Shown here piece after piece: positions 31,736 to 41,500 of a DNA stretch of 64,000 nucleotides. The position numbers and the translations under genes were made by a program. This stretch comes from an uncultured bacterium (GTDB lineage: Bacteria > Zhuqueibacterota > QNDG01 > DSAB01), in NCBI GenBank assembly GCA_964651045.1, contig CAZYVD010000002.1, positions 7,930-71,929 on the forward strand. The letters are read 5' to 3'. Under the pieces are notes generated by a model. It searched no databases. It was given only the letters and a program-made list of their open reading frames with translations, and was not told where the DNA came from. Numbering within the stretch: the first letter of the stretch is position 1; the number at the start of each line of letters is the position of its first letter.

Positions 31736-34611
31736 TACCAGTTACCCTGCTTCGCTCCATAGCCCTTTACAGCATATAGAGAGTTTTTTTTCAGCACATA
31801 CTTCAACTCTGGAGTGTTTGGACTAAAAGTAAACTCTGGAGGATCGGTAAATATTTTCTTCCCTGGATATCCTCCCTTAACTACACATTTCTGAATTACA
31901 AATTTTGAGTGGCTGAGATTTTCGATTTCATTTTGGTTGTTCCATATTATACATTGAGTTATTTTTGCAGATGGCTTTCCAAATTCATCAGGTTTTTTAA
32001 TGTAAAAAGATATCCCCTTTTTGTTTTCGCAGATTGTATTGTTTTTTATCAGGGGGTTCGAGTCATCTTTAACGGCAATTCCATAGGTGCCGCCAATGAG
32101 AAAGTTGTTTTCAATAACAGGGAAAGACCTTTCACCAACAGAGATGCACTTGTCAACCGGGGAGTCTATGTAGTTTCCATAGATTTTTGGATTTGAGGTT
32201 CCGCAGTCTATACCATCTCCGCCACTCTTGTAAATGTAGCAGTCTTTTATTTCCCCATCAGTAAAATCATAGTCAATGGCATCGTCTCTTGAGTTTAAGA
32301 ATCTGCACCCTAGTATCCTTGTCTGAGAGTTCTTTGTATTTATTCCGTCGTCGGCATGGATATGATCAAAAAGTGAAGATGAGATTGTTATTGTGGCATC
32401 GTACACAGAGACTACTCCTGTGAAGTTTACACCATCTATTCTTGCCATGCCAGCATTTCTGATAACCGCATGATCTATTCGAGAGTTGTTTTTAGTTTCA
32501 TGATAGATCAGGGCTCCCCAGGGAAGATTGTTTATTGCATTCTCAAGTATTACAGGTTTACTTAGTGTTCCATTTATGTTAAGTGTTCCCCTTACATAGA
32601 TAGATACGCCAGGGCCTATAAGAAAATGAACACCGGGTGATAGTGTAACAACCTTGGACCGGCCGATCTTCAATGTATGATTGATGCGGTAGGTACCCGC
32701 AGGAATTATAATATTTTTATTTGATGAGTATCTTGAGAGAAAATCTTCTATGTCAAAAGAGACAGCTGTTTTTGTATTAGATTTTTCTTTAAAAAGAGTC
32801 CTTGAAGGTGTTTCTGTTTCTCTATAAATATATGAAAACTCTTTCTCCTTATCGATGGTGAAATATTGGGGAGTCACAGGGTGGCCCGTAACAGAGTTTA
32901 TGGACTCTATTTTTATCTCTGGTGAGAGCAACGATTTTTTTGAATCAGAATCCTGGATCACAAAGAAGTTATAATAGCGATATGCAGGTATCGTTTGCAG
33001 GATATATCCTTTATCCCAGTAATCGAACCATGGGTCTCGAATGATGCTTCTTGCTGGGAGAAGAAGCTCATTTATCATAAGGGCAACAACAGGAGTGTCT
33101 GAATCGACAAGAAGTTTTTTAGTGCCATCTATTTCTCTGTCTTTTGAATCAAAGATAAGATTTCCATTTACATCAAGATAGAGTTTAATTTTATCGGGGT
33201 CTATTTTTTTAGTTAAGGGAATTTTGAAGGATTTAACCATTACACCAGACTGTTTTCCTGTACCAAGGGAGATCATGAGTCCCTTCTTCTTTGATGAATA
33301 AGGGAGAGGATTTACGGAGACCCTGAGATCTGCACTTTCAAGCTCATTGATCATAAAGCTGTATCGAAGTTTTACCCATTCCTTCATTTCTTTGATCTTG
33401 TTATCAAAATCCCTGTTTGAGAAGATCTCGGTTGAAGCCTGCTTAAGAGGGTCTGTATATATGTAATATCTCACCTTCTTGTAGTGAGAATCGATCAGTT
33501 CCAACTGTTTTTTTAGAGGGAGAAGTTCATGCAATGATTTCCATATTATTCGATTTCTTTTCTCAACAAATTCAGGGACTTGATTGAGACGGAAGATCAA
33601 TCGATTTGTACACCAGTCGAGAGCCATTTCTTCAGTCTTTCTTGGTTCGTGACCCCAGTGATCGAAGCCAGCAATGTCCCAAGGGATTAATTGAAAGCGC
33701 CGAATCGAAGAGTTGTAAAAGAGCTGTATGTTGTGAACATTCTGGTGTCCACTTCCGCATATCAGGGCATGAGCATGCCATGTCAATACTTCATCTATGT
33801 CGAGGATTTTTTCAGCCTCTTCTTTGAATTGGGAAATTGAAGGATTGGCAAGAGCCTTGTTTAGCCAGATGAGTTCCTCAAGAGAGTTGCCCTTTTTGTT
33901 TATGACTTTTATCTCTGGATAATCTTCGTCCTTAGATGATCTGTAGTCGAATGTGAATGAATGGTATCTTTTTTCAGTGAAGATGTATCCCATCAATCCA
34001 TTGCGTTCAAGAAAGTATTTGTCTATGTCTTCATAAAAAATGCGTACACCCTGATTTATACCATTTACCTCCAACCTAACAAAATCATATTGAGGAACAA
34101 CAAGGCCCATAAATGATGCAAAATCCCAGGCAAGAGGATCGATGATTACTCGAGGGGTTTCCGGTATGTTCAGATTTACCTCTTTAATACCATTATATAG
34201 CTTTTTATTGGGAAACCTGAGCCTTAATGATTTTCTTTTTCCCTTCCAGTGTCTCTGTCCACCCTTGCTTATGCGGAGTTTGCACTCATAGATCTGGTTG
34301 TCCACCTCAAGAGTTGCAGGGATTTCCTCTCTTGGGCTCCTACTGGTTATGTTTTCGTTTATCCTCTTCCATTCTGAAGGAGAGACGGTAATCTTGAATT
34401 TTTTTAATGGAAATTTCTCAACAGATTCCAGAATGTTTTCATCAGAGGAAGAGAATTGATCCTTGAATTCCTGAAAAAGATACCCGATCTTCTCTTTTGA
34501 AAAGTTATCACGAAGAAAGCTCTTTATTTTACCTCGTTGAGAATATATTATTCCAAAGAGTTGAATTATAATTATAAGAATAAGCAGTGTAATAACTTTT
34601 TTCTGAAACAT
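31735..34611 (-). CDS. Secreted or membrane-anchored CotH-kinase-family protein fused to a C-terminal right-handed parallel beta-helix (pectin-lyase-fold) domain
   Basis: It has an N-terminal signal anchor ('VITLLILIIIIQLFGIIYS'). The central region ('VRLEVNGINQGVRIFYEDIDKYFLERNG', 'LIPWDIAGFDHWGH') resembles the CotH atypical-kinase fold. The C-terminal roughly 300 aa shows PbH1-type repeats ('GNYIDSPVDKCISVGERSFPVIENNFLIGGTYGIAVKDDSNPLIKNNTICENKKGISF'). Its stop overlaps the VTC start by 1 nt. Confidence 0.55.
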   Translation of the reverse strand: MFQKKVITLLILIIIIQLFGIIYSQRGKIKSFLRDNFSKEKIGYLFQEFKDQFSSSDENILESVEKFPLKKFKITVSPSEWKRINENITSRSPREEIPATLEVDNQIYECKLRISKGGQRHWKGKRKSLRLRFPNKKLYNGIKEVNLNIPETPRVIIDPLAWDFASFMGLVVPQYDFVRLEVNGINQGVRIFYEDIDKYFLERNGLMGYIFTEKRYHSFTFDYRSSKDEDYPEIKVINKKGNSLEELIWLNKALANPSISQFKEEAEKILDIDEVLTWHAHALICGSGHQNVHNIQLFYNSSIRRFQLIPWDIAGFDHWGHEPRKTEEMALDWCTNRLIFRLNQVPEFVEKRNRIIWKSLHELLPLKKQLELIDSHYKKVRYYIYTDPLKQASTEIFSNRDFDNKIKEMKEWVKLRYSFMINELESADLRVSVNPLPYSSKKKGLMISLGTGKQSGVMVKSFKIPLTKKIDPDKIKLYLDVNGNLIFDSKDREIDGTKKLLVDSDTPVVALMINELLLPARSIIRDPWFDYWDKGYILQTIPAYRYYNFFVIQDSDSKKSLLSPEIKIESINSVTGHPVTPQYFTIDKEKEFSYIYRETETPSRTLFKEKSNTKTAVSFDIEDFLSRYSSNKNIIIPAGTYRINHTLKIGRSKVVTLSPGVHFLIGPGVSIYVRGTLNINGTLSKPVILENAINNLPWGALIYHETKNNSRIDHAVIRNAGMARIDGVNFTGVVSVYDATITISSSLFDHIHADDGINTKNSQTRILGCRFLNSRDDAIDYDFTDGEIKDCYIYKSGGDGIDCGTSNPKIYGNYIDSPVDKCISVGERSFPVIENNFLIGGTYGIAVKDDSNPLIKNNTICENKKGISFYIKKPDEFGKPSAKITQCIIWNNQNEIENLSHSKFVIQKCVVKGGYPGKKIFTDPPEFTFSPNTPELKYVLKKNSLYAVKGYGAKQGNW

Positions 34612-35008
34612 GTCTACCTTTTATTTATAAAAACCTTTGCCGTAATATACCAATAATATTAATTTTATTCAACAATAAAATTTTGCTGTAATGTAAAAAT
34701 GGAAACCGGCAACCTCCCTCCTCCTTGAAGAACTTTGGGTTTTTGGGCAAAGATAAATTGATATATTGAGAGAACAATGAGTGTGGGAGGCTGATTGTAC
34801 AATGACGCCTTAGAGTCTAAACTCCTATAAAAGAAATTTTAAGTTCACCGTAACCCTAATTAAAACTCAAGCAAAACAGAGATTTTAACATATGTAGGGT
34901 CCCAAACAGGAGTTTGGGAACCAGGGGTAAAAGAATTGGTTATTCGACTTTTTATTTAAGGATTTGCCGAAACTCAGGAGCTCACCCCATCATACTTGTA
35001 GCATTTGA

Positions 35009-35180
35009 TATCCCCCTTTTCCAAAGGGGGATTACAGGGGGATTTTTTGTTAGAGGATAAATTTTTCTCTTTAGTAATGAATCTTAAGCGTTTCAACTCA
35101 CATGAATTAGATTCCTTTTTTTGGAGTGCGGCAACGTGTTGCCGCTTTCAAAAGCGGCGCCAAGGCGCCGCAATCCAAAA
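35009..35180. repeat. Repeat unit B, copy 1 (palindromes at 35128-35145 and 35154-35171, CCCCC/GGGGG hairpin at 35012-35030)
   Basis: It was read directly from the sequence and is near-identical to 35235-35406. Confidence 0.85.
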
Positions 35181-35234
35181 CTGATTTTTAACACATCTGG
35201 GTTCCCAAACAAAAGTCTGGGAACCAGAGGATTA

Positions 35235-35406
35235 TATCCCCCTTTTTCAAAGGGGGATTATAGGGGGATTTTTTGTTAGAGGATAAAATTTTCTCTTTAG
35301 TAATGAATCTTAAGCGTTTCAACTCAAACGAATTAGATTCCTTTTTTTGGAGTGCGGCAACGTGTTGCCGCTTTCAAAAGCGGCGCCAAGGCGCCGCAAT
35401 CCAAAA
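35235..35406. repeat. Repeat unit B, copy 2 (palindromes at 35354-35371 and 35380-35397, CCCCC/GGGGG hairpin at 35238-35256)
   Basis: It was read directly from the sequence and is near-identical to 35009-35180. Confidence 0.85.
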
Positions 35407-35589
35407 GCGAATCTCAAGCAAAACAGAATTTTTTAACACATGTGAGTTCACAAGCAGATTATTATGTCTGTCTATTCAAATGGACTCTTATGCTGCTCCT
35501 TGAATCACATAACCTTTTTAATCTTTTTATTTAAAATCTAATGAAAAACAGAAAAAGATCTTTAGATAGAAAAAGCCATCATCACAAGC

Positions 35590-38500
35590 TTAAATACTCG
35601 ATAGTTTTATGTTTGCATGTATGCTGAAATCGGTTATTGTTTTTGTTCCCTGATTTAATCTGAACTCCTTTCCGATTAGGAAACTTATACCTCCTGTTAC
35701 GCTTTTTGAGAATGTGTAGTCGATCTTGGGCTGAAAGGACCAGCTCTTGGTTTCCATCATTGTTGTATATCTTCCACCCTCAGGTTTTCTTCTGGTCTTG
35801 TTGTGTTTATTTGAGAATGATAGATTGAAGTTTATGTTGTTTTCTATTCTTTTGTTAAGCAGGGGCAACCGGAATCCTCCTTTGATTGTATGCCTTGCCG
35901 TGATTGTAAGATCAAAAGAAGAGGTTTTTTGTATAGTGCTTGGGTTTTGCACTGTAATAGAAATTGCCTGTGATGTGTTCACTCGTATTGTTGTGGTTAA
36001 CCCATTTTTAAATGTCATGGTGAACTGGATAAATGGCCTGAAGTCTCTACTCAACGTCTGGTTTGTTATTGAATTGCCTTTTTTTGATATACTATTTTTT
36101 CCGGAAAAGCTGTGATTCAATGATACGCTTCTGGTAATCTTTGAGAGAAGAGGAAGCTTCTCAAGGCCATTCCACTGTATGGTCCAATTTGGAATGGGAA
36201 TGCCCTTGTTTCGTGCCTCAGGGTTAAGGACAAGGAACGACTTTGAGATGTTTGTTGTGTTCTGAGTAGACTGTGTGTTTGTTCTTGAATATTTGTAGTC
36301 GAGTTTAACACTGATTCGTGATGTTACATTAAAACCCGTTCCAAGAGACATATTTTTATCGTACCGCAGAGAGCTCTTCTGGGTAGTAGCATCGTCAGAG
36401 AACTTAACACCTGGATCTTCGATGTTGAATCCCATAGTATAAGCAAAGGAGGGATCTGCTCCGTTGAGGATTCCGTAATGGTTTGCACTCTTTTTTTCCT
36501 GATAGGTAATGCTGATAGGATCGATTTTTTTAAAAACCTTTCCAAATATTCTAAACACAGATGCAAAAGAAAATCCCTTCTTTTCTTTTTTTTCAGAAAT
36601 CTTCGGCTCTTTCTTTTTCGGTTCTTTTCTTGTTACTGGCTGGCGTCTGCGAGTTCTCACGGTTCTTTTACCCCTGCCGCCTGGCTGGAACATCTTTGCT
36701 GTATTGAGGCTTGTTCGGATCATCATGTCTGAATTGACTCTCGTACTAGTTCCAGACTCTTTTATTGAGGGGTTGTTTTGCCACGAGTAATTTGCATTGT
36801 AGCTGAAATTTGTTGAGAGCCATTTTATTAGCGATGGATTGAATTTTGTTCCAAACTGCTGGGTTTTGTTTCGAGCCATTCCAGGATCAAGAGAGAAGTA
36901 GTCGGGAAGATGTTTTCCTCTCATATCAGATTTTCTTGATTTTGTGTAAGTAAGAGAGAGAGCCTGAAAGGGTTGAATGGAGGTAGAGACCTTTTGATTA
37001 AAAAAAGATGTTTTCACTGTATCGGAGAGACCCTCTCTTCTCAGAGTGTGCTCGTCTCTGTCGTCTCCTGCCATTTGAATGTTGAGATTCTTTGGAAGAT
37101 AGTAAAATTTTATTGATGCTATATTCTTAAAAATACCTTTTGTGCCCAGCCATTTGAAGGGCTGCAGGGGCTTTATATTATTAAAAGAAAGATTGTATTG
37201 AATAGAACCGCTTCTCTGTTTTTTAAGAGATGATGCTATTTGAGAACTGCTCATTTCGTTTTTTGTATAACTGTACCTACCAGAGAAGGGATCAACAAGA
37301 TACCGTAAGAATGGATTTTTTGATTTCACTTTTTTTGAAAACGAGATGTTGAAAGACTGGTTTTTGTTTATTGTCTGAATCGTCTTTAGTATGCTGTCAG
37401 GAGCCGTTCGATCTGTCACAAGGATATCTGATCCGGGGAAATATTTTGGAGTCTGTGTGTTTTTTGTGATGTTTAATGAAAAAGGTATAGACATTCCCCA
37501 TTCTGTTGGGAGGAATTTATGTAGATTGATGTTTGCATATATATTCCCCTGTCTGGAATTTGAACCTCCTCCGAATCTTTCATTTATTGTATGAAAATCT
37601 GCATCTTTTCTGTTGTATTCTCCATTAATTGATATGAAATCGCCGAGCTTTATATCTGCTCGAACCCTCATTGCCAGACCCTTTTCTTTTCTTATCCCTG
37701 AAAGACGAAGCTCATCTATCCACACTTCTCCTGTAAAGGGGGTGTTAGATTTATTTTTGATTCCAACCATAAACCACCTTATCTTTGTCAGTGAGGGCTG
37801 GCCATAAACAGAGAGGGTTTGATTGTCAGTAATTTTTTTTGATATAGAATCCTGTCCAAGGCTTACCATATCTCTTTTAAGTACTCCGAGCTCTTCGAAG
37901 TCTACTTCTATAAAATTTCGCTTTTTTTCTTCGTCCCAGCCAGGGTAGATTTTCAAAAGTTTTGCCTGATAGTATATTTTGTTTTCATTATCGGTTCCCC
38001 ATTGAAGGACAAACTCCAGAGAATCTGATTCAAGGAGAGAGGAGTTGATTCCTCCCCCATGGACAAACATCTTAAGCTTTTTGTAGTGAATGAAATTTTG
38101 TTCCTTAAAAAATCTTTTCTCGGCAAAGGCGGCTTCTCCTGGCATGAGATTGCGAAGCCCGAGAACAAGAGATTGTTCTTTTGAGTGAATTTTCTTCACA
38201 GGATCAAACTCGCCTTTTACACCTGGAGGAGGAGAGTAAGATGGATTGTCATGTGTGTTGACAACAGAGATGTACATTGTAGAATCGTCGTCTTGCTGGT
38301 ATGTGGAGTCGAGTTCACTCTTGATTCCTCTGAATTTCCATTCGTTGCCTGTGAGGTTAATCTCTGCAATTGTTATCTTTGTGTTTTGTTCCACTCCATC
38401 GACCCAGAGCCTTACAAATTCAATGCGAGACCAGCTCGGGGTTCCAAATTTTTCTGCATCATCAAGAGGAAGTCGGTAGAGGCGCCAGCCGTCCTTGTTT

Positions 38501-41500
38501 ATCGTATCTCCTCCGGCTATATAGATCCTGTCTTCACTTTCCAGGTCAAGAGAGAAGCTCAATTCATAGTAGTTGTTGACAAGATCGACATCTCCATTTC
38601 CATTGAGATCTTCTGAGTCGGGTTTTTTAATGTTTCCATCTCTTTCATTGTTTTCTGTCCCATTTATTAACTCGTAATTGTTGCTGCCATGTTCGTAGTA
38701 AAAATTATCGTAACTCCACGGCTCATCAGGACTTTTTTCGCCATCGCCATTTATGTCCCAGAAATCGTAAGGTTCGCAGTAGACATATGAATGGCCGTTT
38801 TTGGTTGTTGTTTTTACCTTTGCACTCACGTGAGGATAAAACAGTGTTGGAGGGTCGTCTCCAAATGCCCCGTCGAGACCTGTGTCTTCGTTGTAATTGG
38901 GAGTCAAATTGTTGTCTCTGAACTCACCAGGAGGAGCCTTGTCTTCTGTATCCCATTTATTATTCGGTATGACATCCTCGGATATCTGTCCAAGATCTAT
39001 GTGAAGCCTACCCCTTTCCCCTTTTACCCAGATTTCGAGAAATTTACTTTCAGTATGATCCCACGAGCCTGAGCTCAGGGAGCGCTGAACTCCACCCCAT
39101 GATACTTTCTTATCATCAAGAGTATCGACAGGAGTAAAATCAAGAGTGAGAACCTCGATATAGTTTCTATCTCCAAGTCCTGAGATTTCTTTGTTTGGCC
39201 ATATATCTTTTATATATACTGCATTTTTTGGGTTGTACCAGATGAGTCTTCCCATTGTAGAAAGAGAGGCCTTGGAGGAGTCCTTTAAGAGGGGTTGAGA
39301 ACAGAGTCCCCAATTTTTTCTTATCTTTCCCAGTGATATCTTTCTTATCGCACCCTCAAAGTCATCTATATATGCGACCCCATCAGGGTCTCCGGTTGCC
39401 CTGTTGTTTAGAGGATTTGGATTGGGAATTACCTGAGCTATCTCGCCTTCCACAGACACAGAGGATTTACCAGTTACGCTGAGAAGGGGAATGAGGTTTA
39501 ATCCGCTGGTTAGGAAATCGGGTTTGAAATGAAGAGCTCCGTTGATGTCCCAGATCATGTTTTTCATTGGCCCGTTTTGGCCGAGTCGGATTCTTCTGTC
39601 CAGGGTTTGCTGAGAGAGATAGAGGAAGGTTCCTCCAATAAAAGAACGGTTTGATTCATTCTCCCAGAGGGTGTACTCGGCACGTGCACCTATGAGAGCC
39701 TTTTTGTCGATTTCTACGAATTGATGCGATTCATAATTTATCTCTATTTCGGCATTGGGATTGGAGGCCTCTTCTGTGAGTATTGTGGCCGTTCCGGTGA
39801 AGTAATCTATTGTATAATCTGTTCCCTTCTGCAATCTTCTTCCGTTTAGTGTGACAGTCTCGCTTCCCTCAATGATGTTCATGCCAAGGTCGTAGGTTGT
39901 GCTTTGTTTGGAAGATTTGACCTCAATGTAGAATTTGCTCTGGCGCTGAATTACGTTGTTTACTGTTGTATCGTATAGAGCGGGGCTTCTGAGTTCGTTC
40001 ATCTCCTCAGGAAAGGGGTATGTTGTATCTAAAAGAGGATCGGGGTCAAAGGGTCTGAGATTTGGGAAGATGAGAATTCCGTGTGTCTTGTCTATTATGT
40101 TTGGATTATCGTCTATCTTGTTATCTGATTTATCGTTTCCGTTTTTGTCCTTGTTGTCGAGCCCGAAGATCTTCAGAAATCCAACAGTCTGCCCGCTGTT
40201 TAATTTTATAGCCTGTTCATCATTTCCAGATCCACCAGTCTTATGATATATATTTATCTCAAACCCCTCTTCAAAATCTTCACTGGTTATCTGTCCAACA
40301 CCAAGATCGTATACATTTTTCCATTCTAGGTTCCATGTCTTGTAGGAAGGATGAGGCCCCTTTGCCTTTATGAGTTTAAAGATTGGTGTAGATGAGGAGT
40401 TTGGGTTTTCAGATATGAGAGTTCCATAAGATTTTCCTGAACTGTCTCTGTATGCCACGGCAAGTACTTCGCTGTCCTGAAGAGGCATTTTCATGATAAT
40501 TGACCCTATTAATGGCATGAGAAAGTAGTCGACATTTGGTTCGAGACGAATAAAATAGCCGCTGTATATTTCGCTGGAGGTCTTTGTTGTGTCGGGATTG
40601 TTAGGGTCTCCTCTTGGCGTTGCCCATGCATAAAAAGAGCCCTCTTTTTTTGTCTCGTAGTATGCATCGGACTTATATACTTCAATCTCTGTTATGATCT
40701 TATTTGGATCGATTATGTGTTTCCCATTGCTGTCGAGTTTTGGGAATTGTGCCCTGTAGAGTGAATCCAGGAAAAAATAGGTCCACCGTTTATATTCATA
40801 ATCATTGATTTTTCTTGTATGCTTTTCCTTGCCGCCCGTGAAGGTCTTTTTCTTTTTTTCTCCCTTTTGCATGCTTGCGATTGCAGTAATGTCGAGATTT
40901 CCCAATTTCATTTTAGATTTGAACCCAAATAGACCTGAATTTTGAGCATTAACTGTAACGAATCGGGTAGAGGGCAGATTTAGGGTAGTGTTTCCTGCCT
41001 CAAGGCTCTGTATGATTGCATCTTCATCTCCCTTGTACTCGAGCTTAAGGGCATTTTCAAATTCAAATGTTCTTTCGCTGTTTTGATCTACCTTGATAGA
41101 GACATTCTCTCCTATCTTTCCAGTTATGTTGAAATTTTGTTTCTGTTTCATATTAAAGCTTGTGTTGGGTCTTCTGTTTGTAACATCCTTAACCCAGTCA
41201 TATTTTTCGTTTCTCAGTCCACCATCTATTGTAATGTTGCCATTAACGATCAGGCTTAGATTTTCTCCTCCAAACATGCGTTTGAAGGTCTTACTTTTTA
41301 TTTTCGGTGATTTTATTGTGATTCCGCCTTTTCCCCCTCTTCGGATTTTCATAGATTTTAGATTTTCATATACAGATTTTCTCCAGAGCCGATCTGTCTC
41401 AATCGTGCTTCTCTTTTTAAGATACTCCTGTAGAGAAAGATGAAGGGGAAGGAGAATGTCGAGTTTGTTTGATTGAAGTCTTATTGTGACGAGCCTTCCT

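Larger units (their letters stand above)
34866..35457. repeat. Compound tandem direct-repeat block (A-x-B-A'-B-A'') in the intergenic region between the giant OM-protein gene and the CotH-like gene
   Basis: The B unit of about 172 bp occurs at 35009-35180 and again at 35235-35406, about 98% identical with 2 differences noted. A shorter A unit (ctcaagcaaaacaga-attttaaca...) lies at 34866-34925, partially at 35186-35230, and at 35413-35457. Each B copy contains two perfect 18-bp GC palindromes (GCGGCAACGTGTTGCCGC, GCGGCGCCAAGGCGCCGC) and a CCCCCTTTT..AAAGGGGG hairpin. Confidence 0.85.

Noticed and set aside
34700-34760. tRNA-like 3' end (TGG...aaccggcaacctccctcc) on the minus strand
   Set aside because: No TTC loop or cloverleaf pairing could be constructed.
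34866-35457. Possible CRISPR array because of repeated GC-rich palindromic sequences
   Set aside because: The repeat unit is about 172 bp, whereas CRISPR repeats are 24-48 bp. There are no short regularly spaced repeats separated by unique spacers and no cas genes nearby.
35273-35534. ORF-track ORFs 35273..35503 and 35352..35534, plus a duplicated 35-44-aa ORF starting 'MNLKRFNS' inside each repeat copy
   Set aside because: They span the palindromic repeats, which read through as Cys/Arg/Ala-rich sequence by chance. There is no ribosome-binding site at proper spacing, and the only inter-copy differences fall in one codon. It is more parsimonious to treat them as non-coding structured DNA.
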